Source of the DNA: an uncultured bacterium | GTDB lineage: Bacteria; Krumholzibacteriota; Krumholzibacteriia; Krumholzibacteriales; Krumholzibacteriaceae | Reading direction: 5' to 3' | DNA: 64,000 nucleotides | Assembly (NCBI GenBank): GCA_963786935.1 | Contig: CAWBAN010000003.1 | Location: 81,790 to 145,789, forward strand | In this document: piece after piece, positions 20,017-30,400 of the stretch | How the letters are laid out: each line of letters starts with the position of its first letter | Numbering within the stretch: the stretch's first letter is position 1 | The notes under the pieces: model-generated | The model's input: only the letters and a program-made list of their open reading frames with translations | What the model was told of the DNA's origin: nothing | Databases searched by the model: none | Translations under genes and position numbers: made by a program

Positions 20017-21566
20017 GGCGGACCGTCCGGATCGAGCGCGTCGGCGGATCGCGCCGTCGCGGCGAGGTTCGACGAGGGCGAAACCGCGCGACACTCGAAG
20101 AGGACGTAGCGGGAGCCCGAGCTCGTGACGCCGAAGCTCATGCCCAGCTCGTCGAGCAGCTTCCTGAGCTCGTCCGCGCGCCGCCGATCGGCCGTGACGA
20201 GGACGTACGTTTCGTGCCGCGGCGCCGCGACGATCTCGTGGCAGACCGAATCGAGGCTCCGGCGGGCCCACGGGGGGAGCGGCGCGGCGGCGATCCTCGT
20301 CAGGCGCCCTTCGAGGTAGAACTGGAGGCCGAAGAGCTCCCGCGATCCGAAGAGGAAGTACCCGGTCTCGCCGCGTCGCGCGTCGAGGCACGCGCGGTGG
20401 AGCGCCTTCATGTCGAGATCGCTCCGGTGGCGCGCGCTCGCCCCCTTGAGGCCGACGAGGACCGCGGCGCTGACGGCCGCCGCGACGATCGCCGCGCGGG
20501 CGAGGTTCGGGCGCTCGATCGCGCGCAGCGTCATCCGGGCGGTCGCGAGCGCCACGGCGGGGAAGAGCGGGAGCACGTAGAACGGGAGCCTGCTCTTGGC
20601 GAGTGAAAAGATGAAGAGCGGCACGAGGATCCATATCGCGAGAAACGCGAGCCGCTCGTCCTCCCGCAGGAGCCGCCTGAGGCTCGACCATCCGAAGATC
20701 GTCCGTTCCCGCGCGAGAGCGACGATCCACGCGCCGATCCCGGCTCCCGTTCCGAAGAGGAGCGGCGGCACGAAGATAACGAGCGGTTTGTACCACTCCG
20801 GATTCCTTCCGTGCTCCGCGGTGGCGATCCTCGCGTAGACCTCGGTGCCGAGGAAGTAATGGAGGAGCCCCGGGGTCCGCGCGGCGACGGCGACGTACCA
20901 GCTCGAGCCGACGACGATCAGGATCGCGGCGCCGGGGAGCGGGAGGAGCCGCGGCCCTTTTCGGCCCGTGGCGGCGAGGTAGATCCGGAAGACGAGAATC
21001 GCGGCGAGCGCGACGAGCGCGGGCGGCCCCTTCGTGAGGAAGGCGACGCCGAGGAGTCCCCACATCCCGAGGATCCAGCGCTTCTCGCCCCGCGGCGTGC
21101 CGGCGCGATGCGCCTTCCACCAGCAGAGCACCGCGAGGAGCTCCCCGAAGGAGAGGAGGAGATCGGTGTGAACGGAGCTCGCCGCGAGGACGGCGAAGGG
21201 TGAGACGGCCCAGATGAGGCCCGCGGCGAAGCCGGTGCGGCGGTCCCACATCGCCCGCCCGAGGGCGCCGAGGGCGAGCGCGGTCAGGACGAAGACGGCG
21301 GCGTTCGGCAGGCGCGCTCCCCATTCGTTCGTCCCGAAGAGCGCCATGCTCCCCGCGATCGTCCAGTACGCGAGCGGCGGCTTCGTCCAGTGAGGCGCGT
21401 AGTCGAGCCGGGGGACGAGCCAGTCCCCCGTCTCGAGCATCTCGCGGGCCGATTCGGCGTAGCGCCCCTCGGTGGTTTCGTAGAGGCCGCGCGATCCCTG
21501 GAAGGCGAGCCCGACGATCGCCGCGACGGCGACGAGCACGAGGACGTTTCTTCGATCAGGCCTCAC
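20013..21566 (-). CDS. ArnT/PMT-like lipid-carrier-dependent glycosyltransferase (GT-C)
   Basis: EGRYAESAREM, TKPPL, FLTKGP and SKSRLPFY-like motifs; multi-TM. Confidence 0.88.
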   Translation of the reverse strand: MRPDRRNVLVLVAVAAIVGLAFQGSRGLYETTEGRYAESAREMLETGDWLVPRLDYAPHWTKPPLAYWTIAGSMALFGTNEWGARLPNAAVFVLTALALGALGRAMWDRRTGFAAGLIWAVSPFAVLAASSVHTDLLLSFGELLAVLCWWKAHRAGTPRGEKRWILGMWGLLGVAFLTKGPPALVALAAILVFRIYLAATGRKGPRLLPLPGAAILIVVGSSWYVAVAARTPGLLHYFLGTEVYARIATAEHGRNPEWYKPLVIFVPPLLFGTGAGIGAWIVALARERTIFGWSSLRRLLREDERLAFLAIWILVPLFIFSLAKSRLPFYVLPLFPAVALATARMTLRAIERPNLARAAIVAAAVSAAVLVGLKGASARHRSDLDMKALHRACLDARRGETGYFLFGSRELFGLQFYLEGRLTRIAAAPLPPWARRSLDSVCHEIVAAPRHETYVLVTADRRRADELRKLLDELGMSFGVTSSGSRYVLFECRAVSPSSNLAATARSADALDPDGPP

Positions 21567-21879
21567 GGCTCGCCCGTTTTTCCTTTCCGATGAGCATGAG
21601 GTTGCGGATGTAGATGAAGCCGTTGAAGAAGTTCGCGAGAATGAAGACCGGATCGGCGATGTGTATCGCATAGATGAGGAGGATCGCGCTCCCGCCGAGG
21701 CTCAAGTACCAGAACGCGACGGGGATCACGCTCTTTCCCTTCCGCTCCGAGGCGACCCACTGGAGGATGAACCTGCTGCCGAAGAGGAGCTGGCCGAGGA
21801 GCCCGAGCGCCACCCACCAGCTCGCGAATTTCTGAATCATTCCGTGCCAGAGCCCCTGGGAAAGGTCGGCGATGATCAT
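21556..21879 (-). CDS. Lipid A biosynthesis N-terminal (LAB_N) domain membrane protein
   Basis: GQLLFGSRFILQW..SE..GKSVIPVAFWYLSL..DPVFI..YIRNL. Confidence 0.88.
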   Translation of the reverse strand: MIIADLSQGLWHGMIQKFASWWVALGLLGQLLFGSRFILQWVASERKGKSVIPVAFWYLSLGGSAILLIYAIHIADPVFILANFFNGFIYIRNLMLIGKEKRASREA

Positions 21880-22604
21880 TCGATCTCCTCTTTCACGTCG
21901 TATGTCACGTAGCGGGACTGCATCCATCTCACGGCGAACAGGTCGCGGAGCCCCTTGAAGAGGCGGTTCCCGATGCCGTACTTGTTCGCGCCCTTCGTCC
22001 GCGGGCGATGGTTCACGGGGATCTCGACGACCCGGGCCCCCTCGAGCTTGAGGAGCGTCGGGAGGAACCGGTGCATTCCCTCGAAAAGCTTGACGCGCCG
22101 GACGTGCCGGGCCCGGCACGCCCTGAGCGTGCATCCGACGTCGCGGATGCTCTCGTGCGTGAGGCGGTTCCGCACCGAGTTGGCGATCACCGACGAGGCC
22201 TTCCGCACGAAGGAGTCGCGGCGCCCCGCGCGCACCCCGCAGACGACGTCCCATTCGTCCATCTTCTCGAGGAGCCGCGGGATGTCGGCCGGATCGTTCT
22301 GCATGTCGGCGTCCATCGTCACGATGATCTCCCCGCGCGCGTGCTCGAACCCGGCCGCCATCGCGGTCGTCTGTCCCCGGTTCCGCGCGAACCGCACCGC
22401 GCGCAGGCCCGCCACGTCCCGCTTGAGGGCGCGGAGCCGTTCGAACGTGCCGTCCGTCGAGCCGTCGTCGACGACGACGATCTCGTAGCGCCTGCCGAGG
22501 CGCGCGAGCACGCCGTCCGCCTCGCGCACGCACGGCTCGATCGATTGCTCCTCGTTGTACGCGGGGATCACGAGACTCAGCTCGATGCGGTCGCCGTTCG
22601 CCAT
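21876..22604 (-). CDS. GT2 polyprenyl-phosphate glycosyltransferase (ArnC/DPM-like)
   Basis: VIPAYNE, VDDGSTD, DADMQNDP and HRFLP motifs. Confidence 0.92.
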   Translation of the reverse strand: MANGDRIELSLVIPAYNEEQSIEPCVREADGVLARLGRRYEIVVVDDGSTDGTFERLRALKRDVAGLRAVRFARNRGQTTAMAAGFEHARGEIIVTMDADMQNDPADIPRLLEKMDEWDVVCGVRAGRRDSFVRKASSVIANSVRNRLTHESIRDVGCTLRACRARHVRRVKLFEGMHRFLPTLLKLEGARVVEIPVNHRPRTKGANKYGIGNRLFKGLRDLFAVRWMQSRYVTYDVKEEIE

Positions 22605-22638
22605 GGGACACATGATAGAACGAAGGGCGGCGCCGGCG

Positions 22639-23340
22639 CTACCCCAAAACCGGGAGGCCGAAGATGTAGGTGAGGGAGTAGAGGACGCCCACGACGACGA
22701 ACGCGGCGCCGGTGATCCGCCGCGCCCACCGATCGATCGCCGCGAGCCGATTGAACGCCGCGCCGACGCGCCGCGCGCCCGTCGCGAGGAGCACGGCGAA
22801 GACGAGCACGGGGAGCCCGGTCGCGATGCCGTATATCGACGGAATCGCGAAGCTCGAGTGGTGCGTGACGGCGAGGGGGATGAGGCTTCCGAAGAAGAGC
22901 GCCGCCGAAACGGGGCAGAAGGAAAGGGCGAAAAGCATGCCGAGGAGCCCCGCTCCCCAGAGGCCTCCCGACTCGAGGCGCTTCTGCGTCTTCTCGCTCA
23001 GGGCGGGACCGGACGAGGTGAATCCGAGCAGGCCGAGGAGGAACATCCCCGCGACGACGAGGATGGGGCCGAGGGCCCGGTTCATGTATTTCTCGAGAAA
23101 ATGAGAAACGGCGCTCATCGACAGGATGCTCGCCACGAGCAGGACGCCGAGCGCGAGGTAGGTGACGGTTCTGCCGAGCGTATAGGAAACGCCGGTAAGG
23201 AGGACCCGCCTCGGGCTCTCGAGCCGTCTGCCGATGTACGAGATGGCGGCGATGTTCGTCGCGAGCGGACAGGGGCTGATCGACGTGAGGATGCCGAGAT
23301 AGAACGCCGCCGCGGCGCCGGCGATGAATCCGCCCATCAT
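22639..23340 (-). CDS. ArsG/CcdA-like membrane protein
   Basis: SISPCPLATNIAA and ALSFCPVS motifs; about 6 TM; ars-type context. Confidence 0.8.
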   Translation of the reverse strand: MMGGFIAGAAAAFYLGILTSISPCPLATNIAAISYIGRRLESPRRVLLTGVSYTLGRTVTYLALGVLLVASILSMSAVSHFLEKYMNRALGPILVVAGMFLLGLLGFTSSGPALSEKTQKRLESGGLWGAGLLGMLFALSFCPVSAALFFGSLIPLAVTHHSSFAIPSIYGIATGLPVLVFAVLLATGARRVGAAFNRLAAIDRWARRITGAAFVVVGVLYSLTYIFGLPVLG

Positions 23341-23843
23341 GTGCCTTCCTGGAACGTCCTGATCTCTTCCTGGATATACGTCACGTACGCGGCCTTGTCG
23401 CCGACGAGCTCCCAGATCCGCGGCAGATTCCTCCAGCGGGTCTCCTCGCCGCCGCTCACGGCGGACAGCACCACCGATTTCGTGGTGAGCACGTAATCCT
23501 TCACGAAATGCTCGTTGCCGGGCTCGTCCGTGTCGATCGCCCGCCAGGCGATCGTCCCGGCATTCATGTCCTCGGCGAAAGCGGTCATGACCGCCTCGCG
23601 CGTGTATTCCTCGAGCTTGCGGCAGGTCGGGCAGCGTCTCGTTCCGTGGAAGTAGTATACGATCATGCCCGTCGAGACGGCCGGGACGGCGGCCGCGCCG
23701 TCGGTATCGCGCGCGCCCGCCGCGGGAGCCGCGGTCTCCGGCACCCCGGGACGGCGCTCCTTTATGACGAGAAACGCCACGCTCACGGCGACGAACGCGA
23801 TCAGGATTGCGGTGACGATGTGCCTCGGTTTCATGCGCGCCAT
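23337..23843 (-). CDS. ArsF-like exported thioredoxin-fold protein
   Basis: N-terminal anchor; YYFHGTRRCPTC motif. Confidence 0.78.
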   Translation of the reverse strand: MARMKPRHIVTAILIAFVAVSVAFLVIKERRPGVPETAAPAAGARDTDGAAAVPAVSTGMIVYYFHGTRRCPTCRKLEEYTREAVMTAFAEDMNAGTIAWRAIDTDEPGNEHFVKDYVLTTKSVVLSAVSGGEETRWRNLPRIWELVGDKAAYVTYIQEEIRTFQEGT

Positions 23844-23868
23844 TCTCCTTTGCCGCGATTCCGGTTCT

Positions 23869-24102
23869 TCACGCGATGTACTTCTTCAATTCATCGGCCG
23901 ACGGGGCCGCGCCGGAGATCTTGACCTTCCCGTCAACGACGAGCGCGGGGGTCATCATGACGCCGAAATTCAAGATCTCGTTGATGTCGGTGACCTTCTC
24001 GATCTCGTATTCGATCCCGAGCGCCTCGGCCGCCGCCTTCGCGTTCTCCGCGAGCTTCGCGCATTTCGGGCAGCCCGTGCCGAGTATCTGTATCTTCTTC
24101 AT
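23869..24102 (-). CDS. Small redox-active disulfide protein (MTH895/TM0996 type)
   Basis: IQILGTGCPKC and GVMMTPALVVDG motifs. Confidence 0.92.
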   Translation of the reverse strand: MKKIQILGTGCPKCAKLAENAKAAAEALGIEYEIEKVTDINEILNFGVMMTPALVVDGKVKISGAAPSADELKKYIA

Positions 24103-24117
24103 GGCGTCCTCCCGGGC

Positions 24118-25293
24118 TCAGAGAGCCCCGTAGATCAATCCCGTGACGGTGGAGAGAATGATCACGAGGAGAATATACGCGGCGGCCTTCCTCGTGCCCA
24201 TAATGCTTTTAATGACGATCATGCTCGGGAGCGAGAGCGCCGGCCCCGCGAGCAGGAGCGCGAGCGCCGGGCCCTTTCCCATACCGCTTCCGAGGAGGCC
24301 CTGCACGATCGGCACCTCGGTGAGCGTCGCGAAGTACATGAACGCGCCGGCGATCGAGGCGAAGAGATTCGCGCGGAGCGAGTTGCCCCCGACGGCGCCG
24401 CTCACCCAGTCGGACGGAACGATCCCCTCGTTCCCCGGGCGGCCGAGCAGAAAGCCGGAAACGAGCACGCCGGCGAGGAGGAGCGGCATGATCTGCTTCG
24501 CGAAGCCCCACGTCGCTTCGAGCCATTCGCCGGCCTCCTTCCGCGTCATGCGGAGGAGCAGGAAGATCGAAGCGCCGAGGCCGGCGAGGCACGCGAAGGC
24601 GACGATCCACTTCGCCGCGTAGATCGCGAACCACGCGCCCGACGTCTCCCGGGGCCGCGCCCAGTTCGCGAAGACGAGGAAACCGGCCATGGAGGCGAAG
24701 TACAGGGCGTTCTTCCAGAGAGGGCGCGGGACCTCGATCGACGGCATCGCGGCCTGCGCGCTCGCCTTGGCGTTTTCTTCCGCGCGGAAGAGAACGTGCA
24801 TGACGAGCCCGATGACGATGCTGAAGAGAACCGCGCCCGCCGCGCGGGCGACTCCGAGCCCCGGGCCGAGAATCCGGGCCGTGAGGACGATCGCGAGGAT
24901 GTTGATCGCCGGTCCCGAGTAGAGGAACGCAGTCGCGGGGCCGATGCCGGCGCCCATCCGGTAGATCCCCGCGAAGAGGGGGAGCACCGTGCACGAGCAG
25001 ACGGCGAGGACCGAGCCCGAGACGGACGCCACGCCGTACGCGAGGGGCTTGCTCGCGCGCGCGCCGAGGTATTTCATCACGGAGGCTTTGCTGACGAACA
25101 CGGCGATCGCCCCCGCGATGAAGAACGCGGGGACGAGGCAGAGGAGGACGTGCTCGCGCGCGTACCACTTCGCGAGGCTCAGGGCCTCGTTCACGGCGCC
25201 GTTGAATCGCGGCGCCCCGACCGGCAGGTAGAAGATCGCGAGAAAAAGGGCCGCGATCCAGAGAAACGGTTTCCACTCATTTCGCCAGGCCAC
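24118..25293 (-). CDS. ArsP-family (DUF318) permease
   Basis: VCSCTVLP, SGPAIN, YFATLTEVP and AGPALSLP motifs. Confidence 0.88.
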   Translation of the reverse strand: MAWRNEWKPFLWIAALFLAIFYLPVGAPRFNGAVNEALSLAKWYAREHVLLCLVPAFFIAGAIAVFVSKASVMKYLGARASKPLAYGVASVSGSVLAVCSCTVLPLFAGIYRMGAGIGPATAFLYSGPAINILAIVLTARILGPGLGVARAAGAVLFSIVIGLVMHVLFRAEENAKASAQAAMPSIEVPRPLWKNALYFASMAGFLVFANWARPRETSGAWFAIYAAKWIVAFACLAGLGASIFLLLRMTRKEAGEWLEATWGFAKQIMPLLLAGVLVSGFLLGRPGNEGIVPSDWVSGAVGGNSLRANLFASIAGAFMYFATLTEVPIVQGLLGSGMGKGPALALLLAGPALSLPSMIVIKSIMGTRKAAAYILLVIILSTVTGLIYGAL

Positions 25294-25597
25294 GCCGCGC
25301 CTCCTCCTTCGATCTGATCACCGTTTCGACGCAGGATATGAAATTGAGAATGCAGGGCGTTCCGAGAATATAGTAGACTTTCGAGCCGCGCTTCTCGTCC
25401 CGGACGATGCCCGCGTTCCTGAGCACCGAGAGATGTTTGGAGACGGTCGATACGTCGGACCCGACCATGGCGGTCAGTTCCCGGACGCAGCGCTCGCGGC
25501 GCGCGAGCTCCTCGACGATCATGAGGCGCGCGGGGTGCGCCATCGCTTTGATGATTCTCGCCCGGGCTTCGAGCCGGGCCCGTGATTTCGCGTTCAT
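25277..25597 (-). CDS. ArsR/SmtB transcriptional repressor
   Basis: KAMAHPARL, CVREL and VSKHLSVLRNAGIV motifs. Confidence 0.93.
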   Translation of the reverse strand: MNAKSRARLEARARIIKAMAHPARLMIVEELARRERCVRELTAMVGSDVSTVSKHLSVLRNAGIVRDEKRGSKVYYILGTPCILNFISCVETVIRSKEEARRGLAK

Positions 25598-25618
25598 GCG
25601 GGATCCCTCTCCTTCAGG

Positions 25619-25655
25619 TATTTGGCAATTTAGCCAAATAGCCAATAATTGTCAA
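25619..25655 (-). promoter_or_regulatory. arsR promoter with overlapping palindromic operator
   Basis: Minus strand TTGACA(25655-25650)-17 nt-TAAATT; the -10 lies inside the inverted repeat TATTTGGC-N6-GCCAAATA (25619-25640). Confidence 0.8.
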
Positions 25656-25804
25656 GGGGGGGGCATCGAAAAGGAACCGGCGGATCGTCGGCGGCCCGCC
25701 CCGGCGCTCGAGGCGAATCTGCCGGCACGCAAACGAAATTGTTGACAGTCAGCCGGCAAAACCGGTAAATCGAGATGTTGGCCGATGTTAAGGGAGCCGG
25801 AGGG

Positions 25805-26236
25805 ATGCCGACGCAGCGAAATAGAGTCGTAGCGCGCTTAAGCGACGGGAAGATGCTCAAGGGGTACACGCACGACTTCCTGCCCGGAAAGGAGCTATTT
25901 CACCTGATCGAATATTCGACTTCGGGGGCCGGCGACATCCATGAAATAGAGACATCCAGCCTCAAGGCGATATTCTTCGTCAAGACATTCGGCGGAAACA
26001 AGGATTACAACGAGAAAAAGAGATTTTCGGAGGTCGACACGGCGGCCCTTCACGGAATCAAGATCAAGGTTACGTTCAAGGACGGGGAGGTGCTGTGCGG
26101 TCTATCCCTCGGCTACAACAAGGAAAAGAAGGGCTTCTTTATCGTTCCCATCGATCCCTTGAGCAATAACGAAAGGATCTATGTGATCGCCGGCTCCACG
26201 AAGAGCGTCATCGTAGGGCCCGGGGCCGAGCAATGA
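25805..26236 (+). CDS. DUF6982-like protein (two repeated beta domains)
   Basis: NRVVAR..DG..LKGYT.DF, LKAIFFVK.F.G and GFFIVP.D..SNNERIYV motifs. Confidence 0.7.
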   Translation: MPTQRNRVVARLSDGKMLKGYTHDFLPGKELFHLIEYSTSGAGDIHEIETSSLKAIFFVKTFGGNKDYNEKKRFSEVDTAALHGIKIKVTFKDGEVLCGLSLGYNKEKKGFFIVPIDPLSNNERIYVIAGSTKSVIVGPGAEQ

Positions 26237-26306
26237 CCGGAGGACCGCCGTCCCGCCCGGTCGCCCCTTCGGCGATAATCGATAAAGACTTCGCTTCATC
26301 CCGCAA

Positions 26307-26336
26307 TTGACTTCGTTCCACGACGTATGATATAAT
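26307..26336 (+). promoter_or_regulatory. Sigma-70 promoter with extended -10
   Basis: TTGACT-18 nt-TATAAT, with TGn before the -10. Confidence 0.75.
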
Positions 26337-26341
26337 CCCCG

Positions 26342-26650
26342 CACCCGAACCCCAACATAAGACTGCGATCCGGCAGTCTGCCTGACGTGGAGGAAAGCCG
26401 ATCGGACCCGGTCGAATCGGGTCCGTCGGGAGCACGGTCGGAGTTTAGCTCTTTGTAGCTGTTGCGCCGATACTCCATGCGTCCGACATCCTCAGCTGAG
26501 CAAAGGGTAAACCTATATAAGCCCAAGTAATGCTCGTGGCATGTCCGGCTTCGCGCCGGGCATGAGAGGAGGTGACTGTCGCATCCGACTAAATCGTTTC
26601 AGCATCATGGCTCACCCGATCGAGCGGTGAGCCTGCAGATCAGGATAGGA
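26342..26650 (+). ncRNA. Candidate long structured 5' leader or ncRNA
   Basis: At least four hairpins (26360-26379, 26398-26429, 26540-26564, 26609-26633) between the promoter and the next start. Confidence 0.35.
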
Positions 26651-26660
26651 GGAAGTGAAC

Positions 26661-27407
26661 GTGAACTCCAAACTGAGCGCATTGCTAGTATGCCTCATAT
26701 GCCTGATTCTCGCGTCCACGATCAGCGCCCAGGATGAAATCGCGATACGGACCGACAACGTGGTTCGCCTGTATTCGCCGAACCTGCCCGCCGACGTCAA
26801 CGTCGCCGAGTGGGTAAGAACGGGCGAGCTCGGCGTTCTCGCGCCGATCGACAATCCGGGAAAGGCCACTCCCGGACCGGCGCCCGCTCCGTACCCGGTC
26901 GCGAGAATCTGGGAGAAGGGGATCGAACAGCTCGGCGGCTCCAACGCGACCTGCGACGGCATCTGCTTCGTCAACGGCCCGCTGTGGGTGCCCGGCAAGC
27001 ATGCGTTGATTCTCTGGACGATTCGAATCCCGAACCCGGGCCAGCGGCTGCAGAGCGAGTTCCTGAAGGATCTCACCCTGCAGCTTTGGGTGGATTGGAA
27101 CGAGAATAAGTCATGGGAGCAGAGGGAACGGATGATTGTGCAGAACATAAGCGTCCAGACCCTCCTGCCTTCCTCGGCGCCGTACCTCGAAGTCCAGTAC
27201 CTGACGAGCTTCGTCATTCCGCGGATGGCCGTCTTCACGGGCGGGTCCGGGGCGACGAAGTACACCGCCAAGCTCTGGGTTCGAGGCGCGTTGACGTACG
27301 ACGACAACGACGCGGCGCCCATGGGCGAGCTCCTGTTCGGTGAAACCGAGGACTACCTCGTGAACTATCAGGAGATTCAGACCGACACGAAGATCAACAA
27401 GGGATAA
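26661..27407 (+). CDS. Secreted GEVED-domain protein
   Basis: Signal peptide; WVDWNENKSW..E and GETEDYLV motifs; AGGAGG RBS. Confidence 0.75.
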   Translation: MNSKLSALLVCLICLILASTISAQDEIAIRTDNVVRLYSPNLPADVNVAEWVRTGELGVLAPIDNPGKATPGPAPAPYPVARIWEKGIEQLGGSNATCDGICFVNGPLWVPGKHALILWTIRIPNPGQRLQSEFLKDLTLQLWVDWNENKSWEQRERMIVQNISVQTLLPSSAPYLEVQYLTSFVIPRMAVFTGGSGATKYTAKLWVRGALTYDDNDAAPMGELLFGETEDYLVNYQEIQTDTKINKG

Positions 27408-27487
27408 CGGATGCAGAAGCGTAGTGGTGATTGTGCGCGATCAATAATCCTCTCGCCGAAAGCGGCGAGTCGGAGAAAGGATCAGTC

Positions 27488-30400
27488 ATGACACATCGGA
27501 AAGCATTATTGAGCTGCGCAGCGGCACTTCTTGCACTCCTTATCCTGCTCCCGTCGGTGCAGTCGGCCGATCCCGTCGAAGGGGTCAAGGCCAAGATCGC
27601 GCCGGCGCTCGGAGTGCAAATGGCCGCCGCCCAGCCGGGCGACTACGTGACGGCGATCGTGAAGTTGAACACCGTCGCGAACGTCAAGGCGATCCGCGGC
27701 GACAGGAAAGCGGTTTTCACCGAGCTGCGCGCCGTCTCAAAGCGGACGCAGGACGGCCTCGTACAGTATCTCGGGACGGCCGCCGTGAAACCGAAGGTCA
27801 AGTTGGTCCGGCAATTCTGGATCGACAACATCGTGCTCGTGCAGGCGACTCCGGACGTGATCAGGGAGATCGCCGCGCGGCCCGACGTCCGCGAAGTGTT
27901 CGATAACTATACGGTGACCATGCCGCCGCGTCCCGGCGACGGAGGTCACCCGGTGCTCCAGCAGGCGGCGCCCCTCTGGGATGCCCTCGGCAAGATCGGC
28001 GCCAAGCAGGTGTGGAGCACGTACGGGATCAACGGTACGGGTGTCAGGGTCGGCGGCCTCGATACGGGCGTCGATATCACGCACCCGGACATCGCCGGCA
28101 AGATGATCACGAACAATCCCTCCGATCCGACATACCCGGGGGGATGGGCCGAGTTCAACTCGACCGGCGGCATCGTGCCCGGATCGCTGCCCCGCGATAC
28201 CGACCAGCACGGAACGCATACGACGGGCACCGCGATCGGCGGCAGCGCGAGCGGGTACCCGATCGGCGTGGCCCCCGGGGCCCATTTCATGCACGGCCTC
28301 GTCATCCCGGGCGGGAGCGGAACGTTCGCCCAGGTGGCGGGCGGCATGCAGTGGATCATCGACCCGGACGGCAACCCGGCGACGAACGACGGCGCCCAGG
28401 TCGTCAACATGTCGCTCGGCGGAACGGGCACCTATTCGGAAATGGTCGCTCCGACCGACAACATGGTCGCGGCGAACGTGTTTCCGAGCTTCTCGATCGG
28501 CAACAGCGGACCGAACGCCTCGACGACGGGAAGCCCCGGCAACGTGCCGAGCGCCTTCGGCGTCGGCGCATCGGACAGCCTCGACGTGATCGCGTACTTC
28601 TCGAGCCGCGGTCCCGTGACGTGGAACTATCCGCCGTACGTCGGCACCTGGATCAAGCCGGACATCTCCGCGCCGGGCGTCGACATCTTCTCGTCCATTC
28701 CGGGCGGGGGATACGCAGGGGACTGGGACGGTACGTCGATGGCCGCGCCGCATGTGACGGGCACCGTGGCCCTCATGCTCCAGGCCAACCCGACCCTCAC
28801 CGTCGAGCAGACGAAGCTGCTCCTCCAGCAGACCGCCGTTGACCGCGGCGATCCCGGCATGGATAACACGTACGGCTGGGGCCGCATCAACGCCTTCGCG
28901 GCGGTGTCGGCCGCCCTCACGGGCATCGGCACCCTCGAGGGGCACGTGTACAGCAGCGCCGGCGGCCTGCCCGTGCAGGGCGCGAAGGTCCGGCTGACGG
29001 ACACCGGCCAGCAGGTGTACACGAACGCGGCCGGCTATTACATGCTGAAGGCGGTCGCCGGAATCCACAGCGTGCAGGTATCGCGCTTCGGCTTCGACGC
29101 GGTCACCGTGACCGTGAACATCGCGGCCGACGTGACGACCACGCAGGATTTCACGCTCACGCAGCTGCCTTCCGGAACGATCGCGGGATACGTGACCGAT
29201 GACGAGACGGGCGTCGGCATCGCCGCCTCCATCTCGGTCAAGTATCTCGGCGATCCGGTCTTGACGATATCGACGAATCCCGCGGACGGGTACTACAGCG
29301 TCACGCTCCCGACGGGGACGTACGATCTCGTCTTCAACCCGTCCTTCCCGTATCCCATGACGACGAGGAACGGCATCGCCGTCGCCGAAGGCGCGACGAC
29401 GACGCTCGACGTCGCCCTCGGACGCGCGCAGATCCTCATCGTCGACGACGACGCGGGCAAGGAGTACCAGACCTACTTCGAAACGGCCGTGGCCGGTTCG
29501 GGCAGGTCGTATCTGACGGTGAGTGCGCCGCCGAACGCGGCTACGATGGCCCTCTTCGAGTCGGTCATCTGGCTCACCGGTAACGACTACACGACGACCC
29601 TGACCGCGACCGACATGACCGAGATCGCCGCCTTCCTCGACGGTGGTGGACGGCTCTTCATGACGGGTCAGGACATCGGGTACGATATCGGCACGACGAC
29701 GTTCTATACGAATTATCTGCATGCGTCGTACGTGCAGGACGACGTGGGGCTCGGCGGCGTGCTCGGCGTCGCGGCGAGCGCCGTGGGCAACGGATTCACG
29801 TTCGAGATCAAGGGCGGATCGGGCGCCAACAACCAGGCGTATCCGTCCGAGATCAATCCGGTCGCCCCGGCGTCGCCGGCGTTCGTGTACGATCCGGCAG
29901 TCCCGGCTGCCGCGGCGACCGCGAACGACGTCGTGAAGAACGGCGTCTCGGCCGACGCGATCACCGGCTCGGGGACCGCGGGTCTCACGTTCGAGAACGG
30001 CACGTACAAGCTCGTCTACTTCGCCTTCGGCTTCGAGGCCGTGGCGGACGCGACGACTCGCACGATGCTCATGGACCGGGTTCTCGACTGGCTGCAGGGC
30101 TATCCGAAGATAGTCCATACGCCGCTCGGGGACACCGAGAACGCGACGAATCCCTACCGGATCGCCGCGGTCGTCACCTCGGATTACTTCGCGCTCGATC
30201 CCTCGACCATCGCGCTCGTGTACGACGCGGGGCTCGGGGACGTGACCGTGCCGATGACGGCGACGGGCGTGCCCGACGAGTACGAGGCGTTCATCCCGGC
30301 GCAGGCCATCGGGACGGAAATCGCGTACTACCTCACGGCGAGCGACGTCGAAGGACACGTCACGACCCACCCGATGGGGGCTCCCGCCGCGCGGCACATC

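Noticed and set aside
26385-26590. RNase P RNA-like words (GAGGAAAG, GGTAAAC, TGACTGTC)
   Set aside because: GAGGAAAGTCC and the 3' ACAGAA.CCGGCTTA signature are absent; kept only as an unknown structured leader
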